Assembly: GCA_029858565.1 (NCBI GenBank)
Contig: JAOUEV010000041.1
Coordinates: forward strand, 1-33,269
Length of the DNA: 33,269 nt
Origin: Nitrospirota bacterium
Lineage (GTDB): Bacteria; Nitrospirota; UBA9217
Reading direction: 5' to 3'
Below, piece by piece: positions 1 through 7,253 of this stretch. Positions within the stretch are counted from its first letter, which is position 1. Every line of letters begins with the position of its first letter. The notes below the pieces were generated by a model. That model was not told the DNA's origin and made no database searches. It saw only the letters and a list, made by a program, of their open reading frames with translations. Both the position numbers and the translations under genes were made by a program.

Positions 1-296
1 ACGGCTATTCGGTCATCGAAGCGGTCGACGGAGAGAACGCCGTGCAGGTGTTCCGGGAGAACCAGGACCGCATCCAGCTCGTGCTGTGCGATCTGGTCAT
101 GCCCCGGATGAACGGGAAGGAGGCCGCCGACCGGATCAGGCAATTGCGCCCGGAGACCAAGATCATCTTCATGAGCGGCTACACCGCTGACATCATCGCC
201 CAGCAGGGGATCGTCGACCAGGAGATCCGGTTCATTTCCAAGCCGCTGAACTTCACCGAACTCTTCCGGATGATCAGGGCCGTTCTGGCGGCTTGA
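1..296 (+). CDS. C-terminal response-regulator receiver domain, 5'-truncated (probably the end of a hybrid sensor histidine kinase)
   Basis: The frame stays open to the window edge (GYSVIEAVDGENAVQVF...). Receiver motifs LVLCDLVMP (phospho-Asp), FMSGY and FISKP are present. Confidence 0.9.
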   Translation, partial: GYSVIEAVDGENAVQVFRENQDRIQLVLCDLVMPRMNGKEAADRIRQLRPETKIIFMSGYTADIIAQQGIVDQEIRFISKPLNFTELFRMIRAVLAA

Positions 297-597
297 TTGA
301 GACACGAACAGGTCGTGGGTGAGATCATGGATGCGGTGGAGAACCTCTGTTAAATATCTGCTACGTTAATCCGAACCTGCCGTATCCCCCTTCCTATCGC
401 ACCAAGCCGATGTGCAAGAATCCGCTTTATCGAATATCGGATTTATGATATAGTCGCCGTGGTAAAGTTCTTCCTGTTAGTTAGCATATTGCTAAAGAGA
501 CCAAAAGTGCATGTTTCAAGCAGAAGATGTGAACATTACAGCATTACAGGCCTGACGTCTGACGGTCCCTGACGGTCCCTGGCAAGATTGAAGGAAC

Positions 598-1413
598 GTG
601 AAGAATATGATGACAAATCTTCTTATAGTCTTGTTCTGTTTAGCCGCTGGTCTCTCGCTCGGCAATATCGCAGGTACATCAATGTCGATGGCCCTTGGAC
701 TTGATTTACCTGTGGGACCATACATCGGAGCCGTGATGGGCGGGGTACTTGGCCTGCTGTTTTCGCCACTCTTTCTCCTGAATAAAGTGCGCAGCAACGT
801 CTTCGAGATACTTGCTTTGTGTTTCTCGCTTGCTGTTCCAGTTGCCGTGATTTCTAGTCTCGCTCGGCAGCCATGGTTTTCAATCGGACTGACTTTAGCT
901 ACTGTGATTTCCGTCTACATCTTTGCATTATGGAGGGGCGATGACGGGGGCACTCCGTTGTCATCAAAAAAGAAGATTCTGTACGCTCCATTGGCCGCTG
1001 TCGTTCTTGCATCTTTCGCCGCGTATTGGTCAGAGTACAAAAGGCTTCCTGACGACGTTCCCACATTAATAGAAATGCTGGGCGATAATGATATGGGAGT
1101 ACATACAGACGCCGCACGAAAGCTGATGAAACGAGGAAAAGAACCTTTTCTAACCGCATTACATCATAAAAACCCAAATGTACGTGCGGTGGCGGCTCAC
1201 TCTCTAGGTCTTCTCCACGACCCATCAGTTCAGGATGTCTTAATAGAAACTTCTCGCGACGCTGATAAATATGTGCGCATGTGGGCCGCATTTTCACTCG
1301 GTCGGATAGGCGATAAAACAGCATTACCTACTTTACAGCTACTTGCTAAGGATCGCGAGGAGATCGTGCGCAGCTATGCGGCAGAATCCATTAAAGCGAT
1401 CCAACAGAAATAG
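598..1413 (+). CDS. Membrane protein with C-terminal HEAT-like repeats (probable gene cassette)
   Basis: About five hydrophobic segments at the N-terminus, then repeats such as VRAVAAHSLG, VRMWAAFSLG and VRSYAAESI. AT-richer than the flanks and followed by an attC-like site. The start could be 598 (GTG) or 607 (ATG). Confidence 0.8.
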   Translation: MKNMMTNLLIVLFCLAAGLSLGNIAGTSMSMALGLDLPVGPYIGAVMGGVLGLLFSPLFLLNKVRSNVFEILALCFSLAVPVAVISSLARQPWFSIGLTLATVISVYIFALWRGDDGGTPLSSKKKILYAPLAAVVLASFAAYWSEYKRLPDDVPTLIEMLGDNDMGVHTDAARKLMKRGKEPFLTALHHKNPNVRAVAAHSLGLLHDPSVQDVLIETSRDADKYVRMWAAFSLGRIGDKTALPTLQLLAKDREEIVRSYAAESIKAIQQK

Positions 1414-1441
1414 TATTAGTGCAAGTGAGGCAAAAGAAAGC

Positions 1442-1604
1442 ATCTAACCTGAGCGTCCACAGCGACGCGCCAGAATGCGGCGCGGGAGGACGCAGAGGGA
1501 CGCAGAGGGACGTTGTGTCCTCTGTTGACTTTTAGAACAAGATGGCAAACAAGTCCACTTCAGACACAACGTCCCCAAAGAATGTTCTGACCCGGGCGTT
1601 GAAT
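1442..1604 (+). mobile_element. Degenerate or interrupted attC-like site
   Basis: RYYYAAC core ATCTAAC at 1442-1448, then GCGTCCACAGCGACGCGCC...GGCGCG. An inverted-repeat element interrupts it. A GTTRRRY core (GTTGAAT, 1598-1604) lies just before the next gene's RBS. Confidence 0.55.
1507..1575. repeat. Short inverted-repeat (REP/MITE-like) element, copy 1
   Basis: Perfect 13-bp arms GGGACGTTGTGTC (1507-1519) and GACACAACGTCCC (1563-1575), preceded by a 10-bp tandem GGACGCAGAG. Confidence 0.75.
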
Positions 1605-1613
1605 GGAGAATCA

Positions 1614-1961
1614 ATGAGAACCATATATACATTGATAATAGCAATATTGTTTCTTCAATTATCATGTCAGCGGTTTTATGATGTGACTTTAAAGAATAAT
1701 TATTCACTGCCAATAGAGATTGAACTTTCGCAGTATCACGCAGCAAATTTTGATGGTACTAGGCCAGAATCATTTACTCAAAATTTATTACTTCGTGTAG
1801 AAAGAGTGGTAGTGCCTGCTTCAAAATCTATCACAGTTACATTTTATGATTCAGCAGGCGGTTTTTGGATTGCTTGGCGTGTGATTTCGCCTGAATCATT
1901 TATTAGCAAATCAGGAGTATTGGACTTAACAAAGAGTGAACAGAGTATTGAATTACCTTAG
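1614..1961 (+). CDS. Hypothetical lipoprotein (probable gene cassette)
   Basis: GGAG RBS before the ATG at 1614. MRTIYTLIIAILFLQLSC resembles a signal peptide ending in a lipobox. Very AT-rich. Confidence 0.7.
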   Translation: MRTIYTLIIAILFLQLSCQRFYDVTLKNNYSLPIEIELSQYHAANFDGTRPESFTQNLLLRVERVVVPASKSITVTFYDSAGGFWIAWRVISPESFISKSGVLDLTKSEQSIELP

Positions 1962-2024
1962 TCTGCGGTACGTCGCACCGGGCCGGACCAAACCATCTAT
2001 TCGATGCAAATCTAGACCAAGGAG

Positions 2025-2062
2025 AAGTAGCAAAAGCGTCCACAGTGACGCGTGTGTTGGTC
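2025..2062 (+). mobile_element. Collapsed attC-like remnant
   Basis: AGCGTCCACAGTGACGCG matches the site at 1452-1469 at 17 of 18 positions, then jumps directly to GTTGGTC. The left core is mutated (TAGC instead of TAAC). Confidence 0.5.
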
Positions 2063-2086
2063 CACTAGCAACATTTGGAGACTTCG

Positions 2087-2698
2087 ATGAGTGTAGGTAC
2101 TGTTATTTTGGCGTGGTGGTTGCTTGTCGTATTTACTACGCCGTTTCTTATTCTTTTCTTTGGACCAGTGGTAGCCCGGAAGCTGTCTTCACGCAAACGC
2201 TACCTGTACAGCTCTCCTTTCTTTGTTGTCTTGGGGCTTTGCTTCACCCCGATATCACTTTCAGGGATCATAGCTGATCATATTGTACTCGGTGGTTCCG
2301 TAACCGCTCTATGCCTGCTCATCAGCGGGCCCAAAAGTAGAATGATCGGTTTCATGAGCATCGGATTGGTTGTTTTTATAGCAGTAGTTTCACTAGGTAC
2401 ACGTTTTGGGTTTCTATCAGGATTGATTGCAGGGGACATAGCGCAAGTTCCCACTCGTTCGATAGAATTAAACTCTGGTCGTATTGTAAATGTGCGCCCA
2501 GTGGGCTTGGTCACTCATGGGGGCGAAGAGGTATCTGTCATTCGTCGTATGCCTGTACTTCCTCTTGAAATCGAACTTGGACGTAAAACATTCTGGGATA
2601 ATAACTGCGCGAGTGGTGTCATTGACGCGCACGACGAGACAAATGGACATTCAACTATTATAACGTGCGATGGAATAGATGGATGGCGCGTTGATTAA
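2087..2698 (+). CDS. Hypothetical multi-pass membrane protein with a soluble C-terminal domain (probable gene cassette)
   Basis: GGAG at 2077-2080 and ATG at 2087. Four hydrophobic helices. AT-richer composition, located between attC-like remnants. Confidence 0.7.
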   Translation: MSVGTVILAWWLLVVFTTPFLILFFGPVVARKLSSRKRYLYSSPFFVVLGLCFTPISLSGIIADHIVLGGSVTALCLLISGPKSRMIGFMSIGLVVFIAVVSLGTRFGFLSGLIAGDIAQVPTRSIELNSGRIVNVRPVGLVTHGGEEVSVIRRMPVLPLEIELGRKTFWDNNCASGVIDAHDETNGHSTIITCDGIDGWRVD

Positions 2699-2779
2699 GA
2701 AAAGGCTGCCAGTCGGAATGCTAGTAGACTAACATACGGGACGTTGATACTTGGCTGACCAATTGCTTGGTGACGCTGA

Positions 2780-2846
2780 GGCACGTTGGTTCCTACGGTG
2801 CTTTACTCCTTGATATATCACAATGCACTCTGAGAACCAACGTCCC
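2780..2846. repeat. Short inverted-repeat (REP/MITE-like) element, copy 2
   Basis: Arms GGCACGTTGGTTC (2780-2792) and GAACCAACGTCCC (2834-2846). The flanks match copy 1 (GACGCWGA before, AAAG after). Confidence 0.7.
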
Positions 2847-2964
2847 AAAGTTTACGCTGTTCTTATCACAACACCGCCAGAGCGCGAACTGCCTTATTAA
2901 TTGCCATATATAGTGCCATATTAAATTATTGCATCATGCACTTAACTCATGGTAAAGTAACACA

Positions 2965-3131
2965 ATGATAAAAGTTCACTTTGAATGGGACGATGAGAAA
3001 GACCGTGAAAACCAGGGAAAGCATGATGTTCCCTTTTCTCTTGCTCAGCAGGCCTTTGAGGAAATATCATCCGGATATACGGGGCCGGATATTGGCGGAA
3101 AGGAAGGAAGTTATATGAAGAGCAAAATTAA
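2965..3131 (+). pseudogene. brnT: BrnT-family (DUF497) toxin with an internal frameshifting deletion
   Basis: The N-terminus FEWDDEKDRENQGKHDVPFSLAQQAF is in one frame. The C-terminus GNIIRIYGAGYWRKGRKLYEEQN* (3060-3131) is in another. The middle of the toxin is missing. Confidence 0.85.
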
Positions 3132-3354
3132 GTATACCGATGAACCGATGGGAAAACTGAAAGTCGTGAGTGATTTTCTACCTCCTCCTGAGCAGCTGGT
3201 CCTCAAGGAGGACAATGTCAAGGTGACGCTCGCCCTGAAGAAATCGAGCGTTGAATTCTTTAAGAAAGAGGCCAAAAAACATCACACATCCTATCAGAAG
3301 ATGATACGACAACTTGTCGATTGGTACACCTCTCATCATCAAAAGAGCGCCTAA
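3115..3354 (+). CDS. BrnA/CopG-like antitoxin
   Basis: MKSKIKYTDEP...DFLPPPEQL...KVTLAL...FFKKEAKKHHTSYQKMIRQLVD has a ribbon-helix-helix-like C-terminus. It overlaps the end of the toxin remnant, as in type II TA pairs. Confidence 0.85.
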   Translation: MKSKIKYTDEPMGKLKVVSDFLPPPEQLVLKEDNVKVTLALKKSSVEFFKKEAKKHHTSYQKMIRQLVDWYTSHHQKSA

Positions 3355-3410
3355 CACCTCGTGTTGAGTCCCGCGCTCTGCAGCGCGGGGCTCAACGCGG
3401 CTCGTTAGTC
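3349..3410 (+). mobile_element. attC-like integron cassette recombination site (best-preserved copy)
   Basis: GCCTAAC (contains the antitoxin stop codon), 5-nt spacer, stem GTGTTGAGTCCCGCGCT/AGCGCGGGGCTCAACGC, 5-nt spacer, GTTAGTC; 62 bp in total. Confidence 0.75.
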
Positions 3411-3456
3411 GTCCCCCCCCTAGTGACTTCCCTCCCTACTTCCTGTACTATTCACT

Positions 3457-4644
3457 GTGCCTCTTTTCGAAAACATCATCCACGCTTCTTTCATTTCCCG
3501 CCCCAACCGCTTCGTTATCCTCTGCACGATCGAAGGCAAGGCCGTGCGCGCCTATCTCCCCAATCCCGGCAGGCTCTGGGAACTTCTGTTCCCGGGCACC
3601 AGGCTTGCGCTCGTCAAGTTCCCGCCATCTGCAGAGCGCAAGCTCAAGTACCTGGTCGTGGCTGTTGAACACAGCGGCCAGTGGATCATGCTGCATACGC
3701 ATCATACAAATACGGTTGCCCGCCAGTTGATCGAACAGAACCGTATCCCCGGACTCGAAGGCGCGGAGATCGTTCAAGCGGAATACAAGATCGGCCACAG
3801 CAGGTTCGACTTTCTGCTCAAAAAGGACAACAAGGAAGTCCTGCTTGAGGTCAAGTCCTGCACGCTCTTTCACCATACACTCGCAATGTTCCCTGACGCC
3901 ATCTCTGCCCGGGCCACCAGGTATCTTCTTGAACTGCAGGAACTGTCCCATAAGGGCTACACCACAGCGGTCCTGTTCGTTGTCCACTCTCCCCGCATGC
4001 AGTACTTCATGCCCGAACACCACACAGACCTGGAGTTCACCCAAACCCTTGCACAGGTCCGCAATGACGTGCTGGTAAGGGCGGTCTCGGTCGAATGGAA
4101 GGACGATCTCTCGCTCGGCACAGAGACCCGGAACCTCGTCATCCCCTGGGACCTGGTGGAGCGGGAAGCCCATGACAGCGGAAGCTATATCTTTGTTGTC
4201 AGACTGGAAAGGGACCGCGCCATCGAGATTGGGAGCATGGGAAAGGTGAAGTTCAGCAAGGGATTCTACTGCTATGTGGGCTCGGCAAAGCTGCACCTGA
4301 CCAAGCGGCTGGCCCGCCACCAGCGGATCACCAAGAAGCACCACTGGCATATAGACTACCTGCGACAGGAAGCGTCATTCCACGCGGCCATCGCCATACG
4401 CACGACCGCGGACCTGGAATGCGAGATCGCCGGTTCGCTTGAAAAGATCGCAGACTGGCAGGTGAAGGGATTCGGATGTTCCGATTGCCAATGCCCGACC
4501 CATCTCTTTGGCATGCAGAACGACCCGGTGCATGATAAAAAGTTCATTGAGATGCTGCTGGAGTTTAGGATGGGGAGAATGGAAAAAGAGCTGAGTGAAG
4601 GATTAGGACGGCAAAAAAGGATTAAGCTGCAAAACAAGGATTAA
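3457..4644 (+). CDS. sfsA: DNA/RNA nuclease SfsA fused to a C-terminal DUF123/GIY-YIG (Uri) domain
   Basis: SfsA motifs FISRPNRF, YLPNPGRLWELL, SRFDFLL, EVKSCTL and FPDA. C-terminal GSYIF...GFYCYVGSA...RLARH...HWHIDYL...GFGCSDCQCPTHLF. Confidence 0.92.
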   Translation: MPLFENIIHASFISRPNRFVILCTIEGKAVRAYLPNPGRLWELLFPGTRLALVKFPPSAERKLKYLVVAVEHSGQWIMLHTHHTNTVARQLIEQNRIPGLEGAEIVQAEYKIGHSRFDFLLKKDNKEVLLEVKSCTLFHHTLAMFPDAISARATRYLLELQELSHKGYTTAVLFVVHSPRMQYFMPEHHTDLEFTQTLAQVRNDVLVRAVSVEWKDDLSLGTETRNLVIPWDLVEREAHDSGSYIFVVRLERDRAIEIGSMGKVKFSKGFYCYVGSAKLHLTKRLARHQRITKKHHWHIDYLRQEASFHAAIAIRTTADLECEIAGSLEKIADWQVKGFGCSDCQCPTHLFGMQNDPVHDKKFIEMLLEFRMGRMEKELSEGLGRQKRIKLQNKD

Positions 4645-4845
4645 ACTACAGGACAAGGATTAAACTGCAAAACAAGGACTAAGCTGCAACACAAGGATTA
4701 AACTACAACGCACGGATTATAGGATTAGTGAAATTCAGGATTACAGGACTAATCCCGCTTCTGCTAATCCTGCCTCTCCTGATCCTTCTTCACCTAATCC
4801 TGCCCCACCTAATCCTGCCGCTCCTAATCCCGCCTCTCCTAATCC
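4599..4845. repeat. Head-to-head tandem arrays: 7 x 19-bp GGATTA units facing 7 x 15-bp TAATCC units
   Basis: AGGATTA-type cores at 4599, 4618, 4637, 4656, 4675, 4694 and 4713, plus three closer-spaced cores at 4721, 4737 and 4745. TAATCC-type cores at 4750, 4765, 4780, 4795, 4810, 4825 and 4840. Confidence 0.9.
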
Positions 4846-5421
4846 TTACTTCCTCCCTGTTACCATACTATGAAACTTCAGCACAGGATGCTGCTTCACT
4901 TCCCTGAATCCCGCCTTCTCAATATCCCCAACGATCTCCTCAGCGGTAATACGGATGGTGACCGGCGGACCCATGGGCATGTCTTCCTTTTTCCAATCCA
5001 TCACCATCACCGTGCCGCCGGGCTTCAGAAGCCTGAAGGCCTCTTTCATCATCGCGTCCCGGTCCTCCAGCTCGTGGTGCAGGTTGATCATGTACACCAG
5101 ATCAGCGATATTGTCCGGGAGCGATACTTCTGATTCTTCCATCTTAAAGGGCTTCACGCGGTTCCGGAAGTCTTCGGGAATATGCGCTTCCAGCCAGTCA
5201 AGCATCTCCTGCTGCAGGTCGCAGGCATAGATCATGATCGCCGGGGACTTCCGCGCAAAGGGAATGGCAAAGAAGCCCGTGCCCGCGCCGATGTCGATCA
5301 GCACGCGGGGCTCCTTGAGACCAAGCTCCTTCCAGATCACATCGGGGTTCTCGCGGTCGAACCGCTCGGGGTTGTTCAGTTTGTCGATGCTCTTGGGGTC
5401 GAACTTCCTGTTCTCATGCAT
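4846..5421 (-). CDS. Class I SAM-dependent methyltransferase
   Basis: Motif I LIDIGAGTGFF, YACDLQ, ADLVYMINLHHEL and RLLKPGG. Confidence 0.92.
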   Translation of the reverse strand: MHENRKFDPKSIDKLNNPERFDRENPDVIWKELGLKEPRVLIDIGAGTGFFAIPFARKSPAIMIYACDLQQEMLDWLEAHIPEDFRNRVKPFKMEESEVSLPDNIADLVYMINLHHELEDRDAMMKEAFRLLKPGGTVMVMDWKKEDMPMGPPVTIRITAEEIVGDIEKAGFREVKQHPVLKFHSMVTGRK

Positions 5422-5473
5422 CTGGCTCTTGCTCCTTCATAACGATCAAATTAAAAAATAGTGGCGTGAATAT

Positions 5474-5559
5474 TCTCGCGCAAAGCCGCAAAGGCGCAAA
5501 GGGAATTCTCAAAATCAGGAGCAGTTGCCTTATGCTTTTCTTTGCGGCTTTGCGCGAGA
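5474..5559. repeat. Palindromic CGCAAAG-repeat element, copy 1
   Basis: TCTCGCGCAAAGCCGCAAAG (5474-5493) and its exact reverse complement CTTTGCGGCTTTGCGCGAGA (5540-5559). Confidence 0.85.
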
Positions 5560-5623
5560 TGGCTTTTGTCTTTTCAGGTCCTGCTTATCTCACGGCCAGC
5601 CGCAAAACACGAAGGATGCTGTC

Positions 5624-6811
5624 TTAAAAGAACGCCCTATCCAGTATCCCGGTCACGTCCTTCACCGTCATCTTCGCGGGCGTGATCTTGTACAAGCCGC
5701 CCATGGTCTGGAAGGAATTCCTGGCCATTGCCGCGAACTCCTTCCGCTGAACGCCGTACTTGGACAGGCTCTCGTTCTCCAGCCCGATGTCCCGGATCAG
5801 CTTCCGGAGCGCCTTCACGAACGCGCCGGGCCGCTCCCGCTCCACCAGCCGGTCCATGTCAACGCCCATCACCCGGGCCAGGTCGATGAAGCGCTGCGGC
5901 ACGCGCTCGCTGAGCCAGGTGAAGTAGGACACCGACAGCATGGTGAGGCCCGCGCCGTGGGGCACCTCGGGATGGAACGCGCTGATGCTGTGCTCGATGG
6001 AGTGGTGGGAGATGCATCCGGACAGGGACTCGCAGATGCCCGCGCTGGTGCTTGCCCAGGCAAGCTTGGTGCGCGCGTCGAGATTGTCAGGCTGGCGCAC
6101 GGCCACGGGCAGATAGAGCGTGATCATGCCGGCCGATTCAAGGGCAAGCAGGTCGCTTGCCGGCTGGCTGCAGGTCGCCACATAGGCTTCCACGGCGTGG
6201 AAAAAGGCGTCCATGCCCGTGTGCGCGGTGATGTCCGGCGGCACGGTCAGCATCAGCTCGGGGTCCACGATCGAAAGTTTCGGATAGGTGTCGTCATTGC
6301 CCCAGCCGATCTTCTCCTTTGCTCCGCTCTTGGTGATCACGGTCCAGGGGTCCGACTCGGTGCCTGTGCCCGCGGTGGTCGGGATCGCCACGATCGGCAG
6401 GGCGCCCTTTTTCGGCTCCTTGCACTTGCCGGTGCCGCCGCAGATATAGTCCCAGTACCTGCCCGGGTTCTTGGCCAGCATGGCGATGCTCTTGGCGGAA
6501 TCGATGGTGCTGCCGCCGCCCAGGCCCACCACAAAATCGCAGTTCTTCCTTTTCGCGAGCTTTGCCCCCTCTTCCACATGCTCCGACAGCGGGTTGGGGT
6601 GGATCGCGTCATAGACCACGGCCGCCGTCTTGTTCTGGCGCAGGTACTTGAGCGTCCGGTCAAGATGGCCGGTCCTGCGCATGGCGCCTGACGCGCCGAT
6701 CACGACCAGGGCCTTTCTTCCGGGAAGATAGGGCGTGTCAGCCAGTTTCTTGAGCGACCCCGGGCCGAACTCGATCCGCGTGGGCATGTAAAAGGAAAAG
6801 CGTTTTATCAT
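5624..6811 (-). CDS. Iron-containing alcohol dehydrogenase
   Basis: PTRIEFGPG, GLGGGSTIDSAK, IPTTAGTGTE, GMDAFFHAVEAY, HHSIEH and PHGAG. Start placed at 6811, after an AGGAGG RBS. Confidence 0.95.
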   Translation of the reverse strand: MIKRFSFYMPTRIEFGPGSLKKLADTPYLPGRKALVVIGASGAMRRTGHLDRTLKYLRQNKTAAVVYDAIHPNPLSEHVEEGAKLAKRKNCDFVVGLGGGSTIDSAKSIAMLAKNPGRYWDYICGGTGKCKEPKKGALPIVAIPTTAGTGTESDPWTVITKSGAKEKIGWGNDDTYPKLSIVDPELMLTVPPDITAHTGMDAFFHAVEAYVATCSQPASDLLALESAGMITLYLPVAVRQPDNLDARTKLAWASTSAGICESLSGCISHHSIEHSISAFHPEVPHGAGLTMLSVSYFTWLSERVPQRFIDLARVMGVDMDRLVERERPGAFVKALRKLIRDIGLENESLSKYGVQRKEFAAMARNSFQTMGGLYKITPAKMTVKDVTGILDRAFF

Positions 6812-6907
6812 GGCTTCCTCCTGGTTGAATTGACGACTGGTGCAGTATTCCGCCTGCTTGAGGGAAATCAATTCACATAAAATCGTCCTAAATCAAAAAG
6901 CATATTT

Positions 6908-7000
6908 TCGCGCAAAGCCGCAAAGTCGCAAAGGAAGGCAATAGAAAAGTCCTTGTTCTGGTTTTTAATCTACTTTGCGCCTTTGCGGCTTTGCGCGAGA
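6908..7000. repeat. Palindromic CGCAAAG-repeat element, copy 2
   Basis: TCGCGCAAAGCCGCAAAGTCGCAAAG (6908-6933) and CTTTGCGCCTTTGCGGCTTTGCGCGAGA (6973-7000). The spacer is unrelated to that of copy 1. Confidence 0.85.
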
Positions 7001-7161
7001 TGCCGTTGTGGTCGTTTTTTGCTTCCGGTGTTGTTCCGATCGAGACCTGTTGGTCCTGAGCACAGTTTTCCTATGGATACTTTTGATTGTAGCAGAATAC
7101 CTCACGTACTGCGACAGGAAGATGTCCGGAACATCTTGACATGACCTCAACCGGGGAAATC

Positions 7162-7170
7162 TGTTATAAT
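7162..7170 (+). promoter_or_regulatory. Extended -10 sigma70-type promoter element for the large fusion gene
   Basis: TGTTATAAT (TGn followed by a perfect TATAAT) about 85 bp upstream of the ATG. AAGGAG RBS at 7241-7246. Confidence 0.55.
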
Positions 7171-7253
7171 TTGTTTAAGAGACAGAAGTCCTCCCTTTTT
7201 CCCGATCAACAGCACCTGCGACATATCAGCAACGTTCATCAAGGAGCCTCTGC

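Noticed and set aside
297-597. attI site or integron integrase upstream of the cassettes
   Set aside because: There is no tyrosine-recombinase ORF and no convincing attI core; the 516-797 minus-strand ORF is just antisense to the membrane protein gene.
2965-3354. Single intact 129-aa protein as given in the ORF track
   Set aside because: It is better explained as a deleted brnT running into a separate antitoxin that starts at 3115.
4599-4845. CRISPR array
   Set aside because: Units are 15-19 bp with similar, non-unique linkers, the orientation flips in the middle, and there are no cas genes in the window.
7136-7170. Canonical TTGACA/TATAAT promoter pair
   Set aside because: The spacing is 23 bp, which is too long. 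Only the extended -10 element was kept.
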